Source of the DNA: Octopus vulgaris | Taxonomy: Eukaryota | Assembly: GCA_951406725.2 (NCBI GenBank) | Contig: OX597835.1 | Coordinates: forward strand, 7,750,001 to 7,814,000 | Reading direction: 5' to 3' | DNA length: 64,000 bases | Shown here: piece by piece, positions 12,926-27,849 of the stretch | Numbering within the stretch: position 1 is the first letter of the stretch | Layout: each line of letters begins with the position of its first letter | Notes under the pieces: generated by a model | Database searches by the model: none | What the model was told of the DNA's origin: nothing | Seen by the model: the letters and a program-made list of their open reading frames with translations, nothing else | Position numbers and translations under genes: made by a program

Positions 12926-12979
12926 GGACCTACCACTGAAGAAGCGCAGTATTCTGAAATCACGTGATCTGGCAGTTCC
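12926..12979 (+). ncRNA. Minimal type I hammerhead ribozyme, canonical core
   Basis: ctacca-CTGAAGA-ag(cgcagtatt)ct-GAAA-tcacgtga-TC-tggcag; stem III is palindromic (ATCACGTGAT). Predicted AUC cleavage after 12969. Confidence 0.7.
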
Positions 12980-13035
12980 GATGCTCATACCAGACGGTTC
13001 TCGTCTGTTACGATACCCTCAATGCCATTTGGGAT

Positions 13036-13082
13036 TGATGGACACCGGGTGTTTCACCATTTTTTGTGGCTTGTCAACATGA
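13036..13082 (-). ncRNA. Hammerhead ribozyme with a U3:A8 variant core, antisense copy
   Basis: - strand reads atg-TTGACAA-gcca(caaaaaa)tggt-GAAA-cacccggt-GTC-cat. Confidence 0.6.
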
Positions 13083-13334
13083 GTAACCCGCCGGCGATAT
13101 CTAAGGGTATATATCCTGCTATGCTATTGGAGCCACCGGAAAATACACAAAACATATGCATTCATTAAATGTATGTAGTTACTAATATTTATTATACCAG
13201 AGATGCTTTTATTTCATATCTAAATATTCCCTGGGATATTCAATTTCAGGCCATGCCAGCTCGTGATTTTACAAGCCATGAGCATAAAAGTCGTGGACTG
13301 GTTAGGCGATTTGCCTTCAACCCTGGCGAGTACG

Positions 13335-13380
13335 TGATGTTGACAAGCCACAGCAATGGTGAAACACCCGGTGTCCATCA
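13335..13380 (+). ncRNA. Hammerhead ribozyme with a U3:A8 variant core
   Basis: tgatg-TTGACAA-gcca(cagcaa)tggt-GAAA-cacccggt-GTC-catca: 5-bp stem I, 4-bp stem II, near-palindromic stem III. Predicted GUC cleavage after 13375. Confidence 0.7.
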
Positions 13381-13475
13381 CTCTCGACTGGGATTCAGGG
13401 TGAGTTATCACCCCTGCCCATGGTCCTGTGGTGTTTTAACAATGTACAAAGCATATGCATTAAGTATATGTAGTT

Positions 13476-13476
<1 letters not shown>

Positions 13477-13570
<94 letters not shown>

Positions 13571-13625
13571 TATTAATAATAATGATAATGATGATGATAA
13601 TAATGATGATGATGATGATGATGAT

Positions 13626-13683
<58 letters not shown>
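13477..13683. repeat. (TAA/TGA)n microsatellite, 5' flank of the Dong-like element
   Basis: Simple repeat visible in the sequence. Confidence 0.95.
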
Positions 13684-14894
<1,211 letters not shown>

Positions 14895-15042
14895 AGAAGA
14901 TCATGGAATTTAGCTATATCTTTAATGTATTCCTTATGTGAATGTAAGAGGATGTCCTTTAGAACCGTTTTCAAATCTATCTTCTCCATTTTTATTGTAT
15001 ATTAGAAATCGTCTTCTTACTCATTAAAATGATGTATATTAA

Positions 15043-15216
<174 letters not shown>

Positions 15217-15636
15217 GTTGTTATCTTTTTTTCTTATTCTTTCAAATTTGCTTCCATTTCTTGCCGAGTATCTTCCCGACTCCTAGGGCAAAGAAACTCA
15301 TAGTATATGTGAAAAAAATAAGTTCAAGTAGAACAATTCAAACTATTTTTGGTGGTGGGGTCCAAAAAGATATATTTTTAATAAATATTCTTCATATAAA
15401 AAAAAATAGCTTGCTATAAACAAGCATTTAAAACATGAAAATAACAAGTAAATAGCTTTACGTAGTTTGTAGTAAAGTGTGTGTTGATATATTTGTTCTG
15501 ATACTCCAGGAAGAAATTTTAATCCAAACCACGCGTTTAATGAACCAAGCATCATTTTATCAAAGGAAGAGAGACAGCCACTACCTAACCTAAATTAATA
15601 GTAGAATGCACTCATACACATTCATATTCGTATATA

Positions 15637-16053
15637 TATTTCTTTACTACCCACAAGGGGCTAAACACAGAGGGAACAAACAAGGACTGATAAATGGATT
15701 AAGTCTATTACATCGACCCCAGTGCGTAACTGGTACTTAATTTATCGATCCCGAAAGGATGAAAGGCAAAGTCGACCTCGGCGGAATTTGAACTCAGAAA
15801 GTAGCGGCAGACGAAATACCTATTTCTTTATTACCCACAAGGGGCTAAACACAGAGGGGACAAACAAGGACAGATATAGGTATTAAGTCGATTACATCGA
15901 CCCCAGTGCGTAACTGGTACTTAATTTATCGACCCCGAAAGGATGAAAGGCAAAGTCGACCTCGGCGGAATTTGAACTCAGAACGTAACGGCAGACGAAA
16001 TACCGCTAAGCATTTCGCCCGGCGCGCTAACGTCTCTGCCAGCTCGCCGCCTT
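15637..16053 (-). mobile_element. SINE family C (Nin-like central domain GCCTTTCATCCTTTCGGGGTCGATAAATTAAGTACCAG), head-to-tail dimer with one 13-bp TSD
   Basis: Unit of about 184 bp repeated; TSD atattcgtatata at 15624-15636 and 16055-16067. Confidence 0.85.
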
Positions 16054-16346
16054 AATATTCGTATATAGGCGCATCATTTTTCTTGGGTTGGTTCGAACTC
16101 AGGTTTAACGCAGGTTTATCAGTCTCTTTTTCAATTTGCACCTGAAGGTGATTTACAAATGGATCGATCAAAATTAGCGATTAAAAATTATATAAAACAA
16201 GAGGAATGAGGTTAAAAAGGAACTGAAATTTCAGTTCTTAATATTATTTTTGATATTGTATGCGTTAATATCGAAAAGATTTGATAATGTTAATGGCAAT
16301 AAGAGTGAATGCGGGCGCACGCGCATTTGTGATTGTTTGCGTATGT

Positions 16347-16385
<39 letters not shown>

Positions 16386-16992
16386 TCTATGTGCGCGTGT
16401 GTTTGGAAATAGCCGTCGAGCACAGGGCAGCTGGCGTTACTATGATTGATTGCTTGATAGTTTTTCAGAGAAGGTTTGATATGGCGGACGATTGTTTGAT
16501 TAAAATCTGCCGAAAGCAGAAATCATGCTTTTATTCCCAGAATCCTCTACCCCTACCCTACCCCCACCCCACACCTAAACACACACACAAATACTTCCTA
16601 ATGTGATTTCCTGGTCCTACTTGAAGATGAATGTAAAGAGAGATCTAGTTGTCTTGCAGCAGGATTTTATAACTGTTGAGTGAAGAATATGGCTTTATTC
16701 GAAATGGGTGTGAGTTGGGGTGGTTGGGTAAAAGGATCGGTGGAAGAAAGAAGCACTTAACTCAAGTGGAAGAGTCGAAAAGACTTTTGCCTCGAAGATA
16801 TCTGCGATACCATTTTGTTCACTGGTTTATTCCCTTTCATCTTTTTCGTTTGTTTCCTCTTTTAATTTCTTGTTAATTTTGTTAATTTAGTTTGTACGTG
16901 TCTCTGTGTTAGTGTTTTTGAGTGTCTGTACGTATATGCGTGTATATAAAGAAAGATATTAAGAAAGAGAAAGCGTAAGATACACACACACG

Positions 16993-17046
<54 letters not shown>

Positions 17047-17928
17047 AGAATGAGAGAGAGAGCGAGAGAGAGAGAGAGTAATCCATAATAGGAAAAATAC
17101 GCTCTTACAAACAGAAAAGTAATAACTAGTGGTTTATTGACTTATTAAAACATGGCCAGATGTTTCGACTCATGTCTCTTCTGTGCAGACTTGTAAACAT
17201 GTGGAAAGGTGAACGATATTTATTATAAATTTTGAGGTGATCTGGTTCAGTGACCAATACAATGATATTGGTAATAATAACAACAACAATATCAACGATA
17301 GTACTTTTATGCTTATTCTTATTAAGTATCTTTCATCGAGAGAAATAACCAATCCTATCGCTGCCACCATATCATACGCCCTTTAAATGAACTTCAATCA
17401 TTTGGTTGCTGATAACCAAGATATACCACTTTAGACCAGTCTGGTTCACCCATATTGGAAGGGTGTATAAAAAATAAAAACAAATTCCTGTTGGGATTAC
17501 AACCAACTCATATCGATCACGCAAATTCAATTTTAACTTAATATCAAATCGGTTACACTAAACGTGGTAATTGTTATCACTAAAATACCACATTCTACTT
17601 AAAGATACCTAACTGACGCCTACCAGGCACAATGGTGTTGCGGAATATATCCTGCAGACTACTGACAAATTAACTGTAATATCTGATTCGCTACTCCTGT
17701 TGGTCCTAACAATAACCGATGTTGGTAAGATAAGAAGAAACAACCTTGGAATCTGAAGAGACCAATAGAGGCTTTAGCACATAGAAATCGTTTTGAATCC
17801 TTTTTAATTCTCTCCGCAATTTGAGCACATGCCACAAAACTCAGTCATGCAGTTACTAAATACATATAATTCCAATTAAATGTGTCGAATAATACTTTTT
17901 ATCATTTGGTTTGTCTCTCCTCTTAAAT

Positions 17929-18314
17929 GGATGGAAGCACTCCGTCGGTTACGACGACGACGGTTCAGATTGATCCGAATCAACGGAGCAGCCTGCTCGT
18001 GAAATTAACGTGTAAGTGGCTGAGCACTCCACAGACACGTGTACCCTTAACATAGTTCTCGGGGATATTCAGCGTGACACTGAGAGTGACAAGGCCGGCC
18101 CTTTGAAATACAGGTACAACAGAAACAGGAAGTAAGAGTGAGAGAAAGTTGTGGTGAAAGAGTAGAGCAGGGATCACCACCATCCCCTGCCGGAGCCTCG
18201 TGGAGCTTTGGGTGTTTTCGCTTAATAAACACTCACAACGCCCGGTCTGGGAATCGAAACCGCGATACTATGACCGCGAGTCCGCTGCCCTAACCACTGG
18301 GCCATTGCGCCTCC
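17929..18314 (-). mobile_element. SINE family A, full length, 12-bp TSD
   Basis: TSD ctcctcttaaat at 17917-17928 and 18316-18327; (TCCA)n-like tail. Confidence 0.9.
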
Positions 18315-18349
18315 ACTCCTCTTAAATACATGCACACACACACACACAT

Positions 18350-18648
18350 GAAGGCGCGTGGTTTAGTGGTTAGTGTATTCGGCTCGCGATCATTGGGTCG
18401 TGAATTCGATTCCCGGTGGTTCGTTGTAACCTTGGGCGGAACACTTTATGTCACGTTGCTCCAGTTCACTAAGCTGGCAAAAAATGAGTAGTACCTATAT
18501 TTCAAGGGGCCAGCCTTGTCACACTCTATGTCACATGAAGGGATACGCATGTCTGTGAAGTGTTCAGCGCTTGAACTTTAATCTCACGAGCAAGCTGTTT
18601 CGTTGAACAGATCAACAGAAAACATCGTCGTTAAACGACGGAGTGCCA
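18350..18648 (+). mobile_element. Older mosaic SINE: family D-type head and central domain joined to a family A-type 3' tail
   Basis: CACTTTATGTCACGTTGCTCCAGTTCACT (family D) is followed by TTTCAAGGGGCCAGCCTTGTCAC...CGACGGAGTGC (family A). Confidence 0.7.
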
Positions 18649-18712
18649 GTATATATAAGAAATTAAAAAAGGAAAATACGCACACTTACATAGTTTTAAT
18701 ATAATGTTTAAT

Positions 18713-18746
18713 ATATCGACCGGTTTCGCTATCGTTATTCATGATA
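18713..18746 (-). ncRNA. Hammerhead-like motif with an A3:U8 variant core (Penelope terminal-repeat remnant)
   Basis: - strand reads atatc-ATGAATA-ac(gata)gc-GAAA-ccg-GTC-gatat; the flank is homologous to 43285-43340. Stem II has one mismatch. Confidence 0.55.
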
Positions 18747-18879
18747 TTATGTTTTACTTATTTGAATATATATATTTTCTTAAAAAGAAATTTGGTCCAT
18801 GTTGTGTGTGATGAAATTCATATATATATATATATATATATATGATTCGTTTTTGCTTTGCAGTGCTTCTTCCCTGTTC

Positions 18880-19248
18880 TTCGATTTTTGTGAAGGCTGA
18901 AACGAAGGAACAGCATGCTTCCATGAAATTCTATTTTCTGTTGGTGAAAAGAGCTTCAAACAGCTTACAAGGACGCTACCATAATCAAAACTTAAGTTTA
19001 CGAGTGGTTTTTCACGCTTTAGCAATGGTCACCTGTCGTTTGAAGATCAACCACGTGCAGGACGACCGTCGACCTCCTGAACGAATGAAAACATCACGAA
19101 AATTCCTGAACTGATCTTGGAGGACCGTCACCGAAAAATTGACGAACTTGTTGATATGACTGGCGTGTCCTAGAACTCCTGCCAACGAATTTTGAGCGAG
19201 GAACAGCGAATGAAAAGAGTTGCAGTAAAATTTGGGCGTCGCTTGCTC
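18880..19248 (+). mobile_element. Decayed mariner transposase, N-terminal fragment
   Basis: Frameshifted EQHASMKF...AYKDA...VYEW.SRFSNGHLSFEDQPRAGRPSTS..ENITKIPELILEDR...RILSEEQRMKRVAVKF. Confidence 0.8.
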
Positions 19249-19250
19249 TC

Positions 19251-19590
19251 GGCTATGGTAGAAGACACTTGCCCAAGGAGCCACGCAGTGGGACGGAACC
19301 CAGAACCATGTGGTTATGAAGCAAGATAGTTACCACACAGCCACGCCTGCGCATACATATATTCATTTATTCGTTTACTTCGTGTTTCACTCACCTGTCT
19401 GCGGCGATGCTGGGGAACGCCTGGAACGTTTTTAGTCGAAAAAAAAAATAGACCCCAGGACTTATTTCTTAAGCCTAGTACTTATTGTATTGGTCTTTAT
19501 TGCTGAACAGCTAAGTTACGGAGATGGAAACACATGAACACCGGTTGTCGAGCGGTGATCGGGGGGGGGGGAGACAAATACAGGCGCAAA
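19251..19590 (-). mobile_element. SINE family B fragments, diverged and rearranged
   Basis: A head fragment (19251-19352) lies next to a 3' fragment (19370-19590). Confidence 0.7.
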
Positions 19591-19682
19591 GACACACACA
19601 TAGATACATATATACATACATACACACACAGACAAACAGACCCCACACCATACATATGTAAATACATACATACATATATATA

Positions 19683-19731
<49 letters not shown>

Positions 19732-19817
19732 TGTTATATATATATATATTGTTATATATACATTTATACACACATACATACATATATATAAATATACATA
19801 TATATAAACATACATAC

Positions 19818-19906
<89 letters not shown>

Positions 19907-19969
19907 TATGTATGTATTATGTATATGTATATGTATATATATGTACACACACTCAAATATATACATATA

Positions 19970-20000
<31 letters not shown>

Positions 20001-20296
20001 GCTAGCATAACCCTGTCGTCGGAAATGCCGACAGTTTTATTAATGATAGAAAATCGCGCATCAACACAATGGGTGAAGCCATTGATAAATGTCAGCAATC
20101 AAATGAATGTATGTATACACAAAGAATTGAGAATAGAAGCACTTGAAGAATCAGATACGGTTATAATATCTCGGTTGAAAATATCAGCTATATAATGTAT
20201 GTGCACATATATACTGTATATATATATATATATGTACATTCCACACTCATATTTATATATGTGTATATGTATGTATCTATCTCTCTCAATATATAT

Positions 20297-20382
<86 letters not shown>

Positions 20383-20397
20383 TTATTCTTTTATTAT

Positions 20398-20590
20398 TTT
20401 GCTCTTTTACTCATTCAACTACAGCCATCCTGGAACACCGCCTTTTAGTCGAAGAAATCGACTCATGGACTTATTGCTTGTGAGCCTGGTACATACCCTA
20501 TCGGTTACTTTTGCCGAACCGCTAGGTTACGGGGACGTAAATACACCAACATCAGTTGTCAAGTGACGGTGGGGAACAAACATAGAAACA
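20398..20590 (-). mobile_element. SINE family B, diverged 3' half
   Basis: Similar to the family B tail. Confidence 0.7.
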
Positions 20591-20703
20591 AACACACAAA
20601 TATATACATACTTACATGAATACATACATACATACATACATAATTATATATATATATGTATCTCTAATATAATATGTGACAATTATTTGGTTGCCATTGC
20701 CAT

Positions 20704-20763
20704 AATAAGACACCGAGTTTCGGATGTCGGGCAGAAATCTTCTCCGGCATCTCGTCAGTTATC
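20704..20763 (-). ncRNA. Type I hammerhead-like motif with an extended stem II (partly degenerate)
   Basis: - strand reads gataa-CTGACGA-gatgccgg(...)ccgacatc-c-GAAA-ctcggt-GTC-ttatt. Confidence 0.5.
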
Positions 20764-21283
20764 AAAGGAATCAAAAAATGCTATGAAAATGACCGTTAAA
20801 TAAGGGGAAAAACCCGAAGGAGATAAAGTAAAATAGTAAAAAAGTAAAAGTGCTCATAGAAATCGCGTATGCGTGCGTATACAGACATACACATGCGTAC
20901 ACGCACATCCACGTACATATGCATATATGCATATGCTCATTCACACTCACGTGTAACACATACATACACAATCACACATACGCCTATATATGCACATACA
21001 TATGCAACCATACATGTACACATATACATATCCGCATAATGTATATGTGGTGAAGCAATTAACTGAACCCTAATTATAATTGTTTATAATTATAGAATAT
21101 TTGTATAATTTTACCTATAGAGGTTATTTTTATGTACCGATTTATTTGGTACAATTATTAATTAATTGATTGATTAATTAATTTAATTTTACTCTTTTAT
21201 GATATATATATATATACATACATACAGAGAGAGAGAGAGAAAGAGAATAAACAGAGAGTGAATATATATAGTTATAACGTATG

Positions 21284-21354
<71 letters not shown>

Positions 21355-21385
21355 AGATATATATATATGTGTGTGTGTGTGTATG

Positions 21386-21421
<36 letters not shown>

Positions 21422-22014
21422 AAATTTATAGGATTGACCACTGAAAGTGGACAGGCTGTATACTAGAAATAGACGTCAAAATCGCCATTTTCTACGGAGA
21501 ATGTGTTCTCAAGAAAAACTTCAGCAAAAGACCAAAACGTAAAAATAAGCAAGACAAATGAAAATATACGAAATAAAAAACGATTACCTATGTACTAATT
21601 AGTTAATAATTTACGTATATGAATACATAAACATCTGCAAGATCATCAGCATAGACTGTCGTTTATGAAACACAATTTCTAGAAGTAGATACAGGGCGCT
21701 CGACCGAAATCCAGCATTGCATAGAATTCCACAAATTATATTTATGTGTATCTTTCAAATGCCTTCACTTAGGCGCGCTGAGATCGGAAATTACTCTGCA
21801 GTTAATAAATTACAATAGTCAATTTACCGGTTAGAGAACATCTTTCTTATTTAAAATTAAATAAGTGTAGAAATTGATATTAATTAATTAAAACCAATGG
21901 TCTAGTATATTAAAAAAATATTCGTATGATGGTGGTAAAAACATATATACACACATATGCATATATATGTATACATATTCACACTTATATAAACATGTAA
22001 ATACGCATATATAC

Positions 22015-22060
<46 letters not shown>

Positions 22061-23250
22061 ATTACACCCGTGTACACATACCTTGTTTTTCAATATGATT
22101 ATTTTAGGTGACTGGAAGGGAAATGTGGTTATTCTACATTTTGGATGGATATAATTCATATAAAATATTTGCTGGTCTGCAGCAAAGGTATAAGAACAAA
22201 ATCACGGTTTTTATTCATAAGCATAATCACATCTGCCACCAATGTAACCTCGTATTAAATGTTTCTTAAGTTTTTATTAACATTGTTTTCTTTTATATTT
22301 TCCGTGTTATTTTGCTTTCGTTTACAACTTGGCTTTTTGTTTGTACTTTTAAACCAGAGTTTTTTTCAGTATAAAGCCAAGACAAAATAAAAGATGGATT
22401 CTCCTTTGGCATATGTTTCTGAATAATAGATTTTCCTCTGACATGTGTGTCTGTATGTGTTTGTATGTGCATGTGTGTGAGTAGGTGTACGTTTGTGTTA
22501 GTATGTGTGTGTGTGTGCGTGTGTCTTTGTGTGTGTCTGTGTTTGTGTGTGCGAGTATGTTGTTTCTGCGAGGTTTTTTGCTGTTTTTTTTTATTGTCTT
22601 GCTTTATCAATCCTAGCGTAATGGCAGATTCTATGAAATGTCACGAACACTTTTCAGATTTCAGGTTTGTGCAATGATACGAGAATAACTAACTGATATT
22701 ATTGATAGGAGCCGTTGGTAACTAATTTCTATGAAAAACACTATTAACAGTTAACACTTCTTTAAAATTTCAAAGTTGAATCACTAATGTAAATAAAACC
22801 TAATTTTTTTATCGAAATAAACAGAGATAAACACACAGAAATAAAAAAAAAACACGAGGCTAAAAGCAAGAGGTAAACTATGTTATTTATTTTTTACAAT
22901 ATAGAATACATAATGTACCTATAATAAATGAGAGACTATGGTATAATAATATTGCAGTTAAAATATCGAGAAAATGTTAAACACTGTTGATATAGAAATA
23001 AGATATTTATTAAACGAAAGCGTGGCAGACTTCTGAGAAGAAAAAATTATGACGGAAGTGATTTTGTGATAAATAAAACAGATTCACACACACACACACA
23101 CTACATACACACACACACACACACACACACGCAAAGAGGCTCGCACGGAATATATAATTATACATAAATATAAATATGTGATTATACATTTATATGTACA
23201 TACTATATATATAATTATGTAGACACAAAACATAACATATATATGTAGTA

Positions 23251-23760
23251 TTGGGTTGGCAACTAGGTTCCCACCGCTTTTTAAAATTTGGGAATTTAGT
23301 GCGCTTATAAATTTTTGAATCTATTCGGTTTTTTCCGTGGTCAATTTAAGTTCATTTTTGTTTATTTTCAGATCATTAAAATGGAATGTCAATTTAAGAA
23401 AAACGAGCATTTTCGACACATCCTTCTTTTTGCTTTTAATCAAGGTTCTAGTGCCGCAAAAGCTGCTCGTGGCACTTGTGTTGTTTATGGAGAGGGTGCT
23501 ATAGCTGAAAGAACCGCTCGTGATTGGTATGCCAAGTTCAAAAATGGAAATTTTGACCTCAAAGACGCAGCTCGTTCTGGTCGTCCAGTTGAGTTCGATG
23601 TAGAGTGATTAAACCAACGTTTGCACAAACATTCTCGTCAAGGGAACTGGCAGAGAAAATGGAATGCACCCACACTGCTATATAGAGAAGCATCTTCACT
23701 CGATGGGAAAGTTTCAGAACTATAGTTATATGAGTTCTTGCAACCTTACAAGGTTGCAAG
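23251..23760 (+). mobile_element. Mariner (mellifera-like) 5' portion: left terminal inverted repeat (TIR) and truncated transposase
   Basis: TA followed by TTGGGTTGGCAACTA; from ATG 23381 it reads MECQFKKNEHFRHILLFAFNQG...VYGEGAIAERTARDWYAKFKNGNFDLKDAARSGRPVEFD, with a premature stop at 23608. Confidence 0.85.
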
Positions 23761-23856
23761 ACGCAACGAAAATTTTACATAATGTTACATTATAAGGCAC
23801 AAAAAGAAAATGACTCTCCCCAGACACAACAGTATGTACATACATACATACATGCA

Positions 23857-24007
<151 letters not shown>

Positions 24008-24265
24008 ATATATATATAGTAATATTATTATTATTATTAATAGTAGGGAATATAAAATTCCAAACTTACAGGGAAAAATTTAATTTAGCAATACTAAATC
24101 AAATTTCACAATATATAATGCATGTATATAATTAAGAGATAAAACCTGTATTAAGTAATTCAATTTATAGTGAAAGATATTAACTATTATAGATCAAATA
24201 GAAAGAATTTAAATATATTATAATAAATATTATTCGAAAAATCACTAAAATAAATATACATTAAA

Positions 24266-24376
24266 TTGACTACGCACATTTCGTGATTATATATTTTAAA
24301 ATCGATAATATTAAATTCGATAATATTGAAAGTTAATATTATTTCGATTTAAATATATAGCAACTCTTCAGGTCAA
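24266..24376 (-). ncRNA. Type I hammerhead motif with an AT-rich stem II region of about 80 nt
   Basis: - strand reads ttgac-CTGAAGA-gttgctatatattt...aaatatataatcac-GAAA-tgtgc-GTA-gtcaa; a truncated inverted copy starts at 24661. Confidence 0.55.
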
Positions 24377-24809
24377 AAGTATAAAATAAATGATCTTAAT
24401 AATAAATAATCTAATAAAATTTAACAATAATAATGAAAAGTAAAATGATAGCTTATGTTATTGATGAATACCAGTTACCTTAAATTTTAATCGTTAATCT
24501 AAGAAACTACCGTTAACTTTAAAATAAAATAAATGAAGATATAAAAATTAAACAGTAAATATAGAAATATATGTATCGTAACAATAAATAATCGAATAAA
24601 ATATAACAATATTAATGAAAATTAAAATCATAACTTATCTTATTTATGAATACCGGTTAACTGAAGAGTGGCCATATATTTTTAAATCGAATTACAATTA
24701 ACTTTTGATATTATCGATTTAATAATTTTTCAACAAACGGGATAAATTTGAAGGAGTTTAACTAGTGTCGAGCGACAACTAGGACGCACAACTTTATTAG
24801 TGTTGGTAA

Positions 24810-25197
24810 GAATAATAATGTTCGTCCTTCGGGTTCGAAGATGACCATTGACATCATTTGGTGGAATTGCTGCTATGAGACCGGAAGTGGCTGGTGAGGC
24901 CAATCCGGGAAAGGAAGCCCCTCCCACAGGTGGGGCAGAAGTGGGTAGGGGCTGTGCTATTGGTGCAGGTGGCTCTGGCTTTCCGCATCTGGCGTTTCTG
25001 TTCTGCTGACTGAATCCGTCTCTCCTCGGCTGTCTTTGCTCCTGTGGTGATTGCGCTGCGCCAGGATGAGCGGTCGGCAGCAAATGTCTCCCAAGTCTCT
25101 GTGCCCATGGAGAAGTCCTTGAGAGAGACTTTGAGACTGTCCATGAAGTGCTTCTTCTGCCCTCCGACTTTGCGTTTGCCCTGGCTGAGTTCACCCT
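24810..25197 (-). mobile_element. 3' end of an RTE-clade LINE with a C-terminal C2H2 zinc finger
   Basis: LSQGKRKVGGQKKHFMDSLKVSLK...WETFAADRSSWRSAI...CPTCGRGFLSRIGLTSHFRSH*, then a short 3' UTR and an (ATT)n tail. Confidence 0.85.
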
Positions 25198-26220
25198 AGA
25201 ATGATGTCAATCAGTTTTATTGATGACATAATGAAAGATTTGGTGATGTTAGTGACGGTTGAGAAGGGTGATGATGGGGTGTGAAGGGGATAGTAGAGGT
25301 GATGGTAAAAAATAGTGATATTGAAGAGATAGAAGCAGTTCTAGTGAAGCAACAACACCATGAAGAGGAACCCCTCTTCGGAAAGGAATAAGTGACAAGG
25401 CAAAGTCTTTCTACCAAACTTATTCAAGTCACGGTGCTCATGGTCATATTCTCTGCAAGACTCTTCACTCAAATTTCATGTCGATTCGAATTTCACCGAT
25501 TGTCAATTCCAACGGCAACTTCATTCGGATGAATATGAAACAGCAATGATAGGAAAGACACCGGAGATGCCTACGATGGGAGTCAGTGTTGTTTAGGACT
25601 TGGTCAACTACGATTTAGCAAACCTTTTCCAGCCTTGACCGTTCAGTCTTTCTACCAAGGTATAATGCGTCTTATTTCAAGACGGTACGCATTGCTTTGA
25701 GGAGGTCATGAGTCCTATAACTGTGACGGTTAAGAGACTCCATAGGGACTCGTACTGGTGGTGATGACGACGCTAAATGAGGAAGAATGAGGACGGTGAT
25801 GGAAGTGCTCTGACAGATTGACAGAAATAGGTTAATTGTTGGACAGATAGGTGACGCTGTTAACAATATGGAAGTGAAGGTAGAATATCTGGTGGTGGTG
25901 GTGGTGGTGGTGGTGGGGTGATGTTAGATGTGATGGTTGTCGTAATGCTGCTGCTTCTGATGGTGGTGGTGGTGGTGGTGGTGGTGGTGAGGATGGTAGT
26001 AGTTGCTATACCGAAGTGATGTGCTGTTGATGATGGTGGTAGCAGCATTTTGATGGTTGCCGTCGTCGAAATGTTAGTGGTAGCAGTGGTAGTAATGATG
26101 GTGCTTGTAGTTGTGTTGGTGATGGCGGTGATGGTGGTGATAGTGGTGGTGGTGATATCACGATTATGGTGGTGGCGGAGATAGCATCGTCATAATAATG
26201 GTGATGGTGTGTCGTGTTCA

Positions 26221-26678
<458 letters not shown>

Positions 26679-26907
26679 ATAAATATAGTGGTTACTATGG
26701 TGATGATAGCGATTGTGGTTACGTTGTTGAACCAGTGCTGTTATTTGAAATATAATAATTCCTGGGGCCAAAGTTTGAAAATGTTAATCGTCTGGTGTTA
26801 TTTGATTGGAATTTTCTTCTGACTTAATTACAATTACAGTGATAATGTCCGACTCCCTTCTGGTAGTAACACGCCACAAATACATTGTACACTTTATGCA
26901 TTATATA

Positions 26908-26968
<61 letters not shown>

Positions 26969-27009
26969 TTATACATATACATAGATACATAAAAATACGT
27001 ACATACATA

Positions 27010-27642
<633 letters not shown>

Positions 27643-27849
27643 TTCGCCTTGCCTAACTACCAATTTCCCGCCCTTTATCTTTGATTAATTCTATTCCTCA
27701 AAATTTTTGGTATTTACTGGTATTTAAACGGTGGTTATTTTATTGATCTTGGAAATATGAATGGCAAAACGGCCAAAACGGGATCTAAACCCAGACTGTA
27801 AAAGGAAATATCCTAGTAACACTCCGCTTTTATCAGGCACTCTACCAAC

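Noticed and set aside
24847-25211. 12-bp inverted match attgacatcatt / aatgatgtcaat around the RTE fragment
   Set aside because: Too short to separate from chance or junction microhomology; not a TIR.
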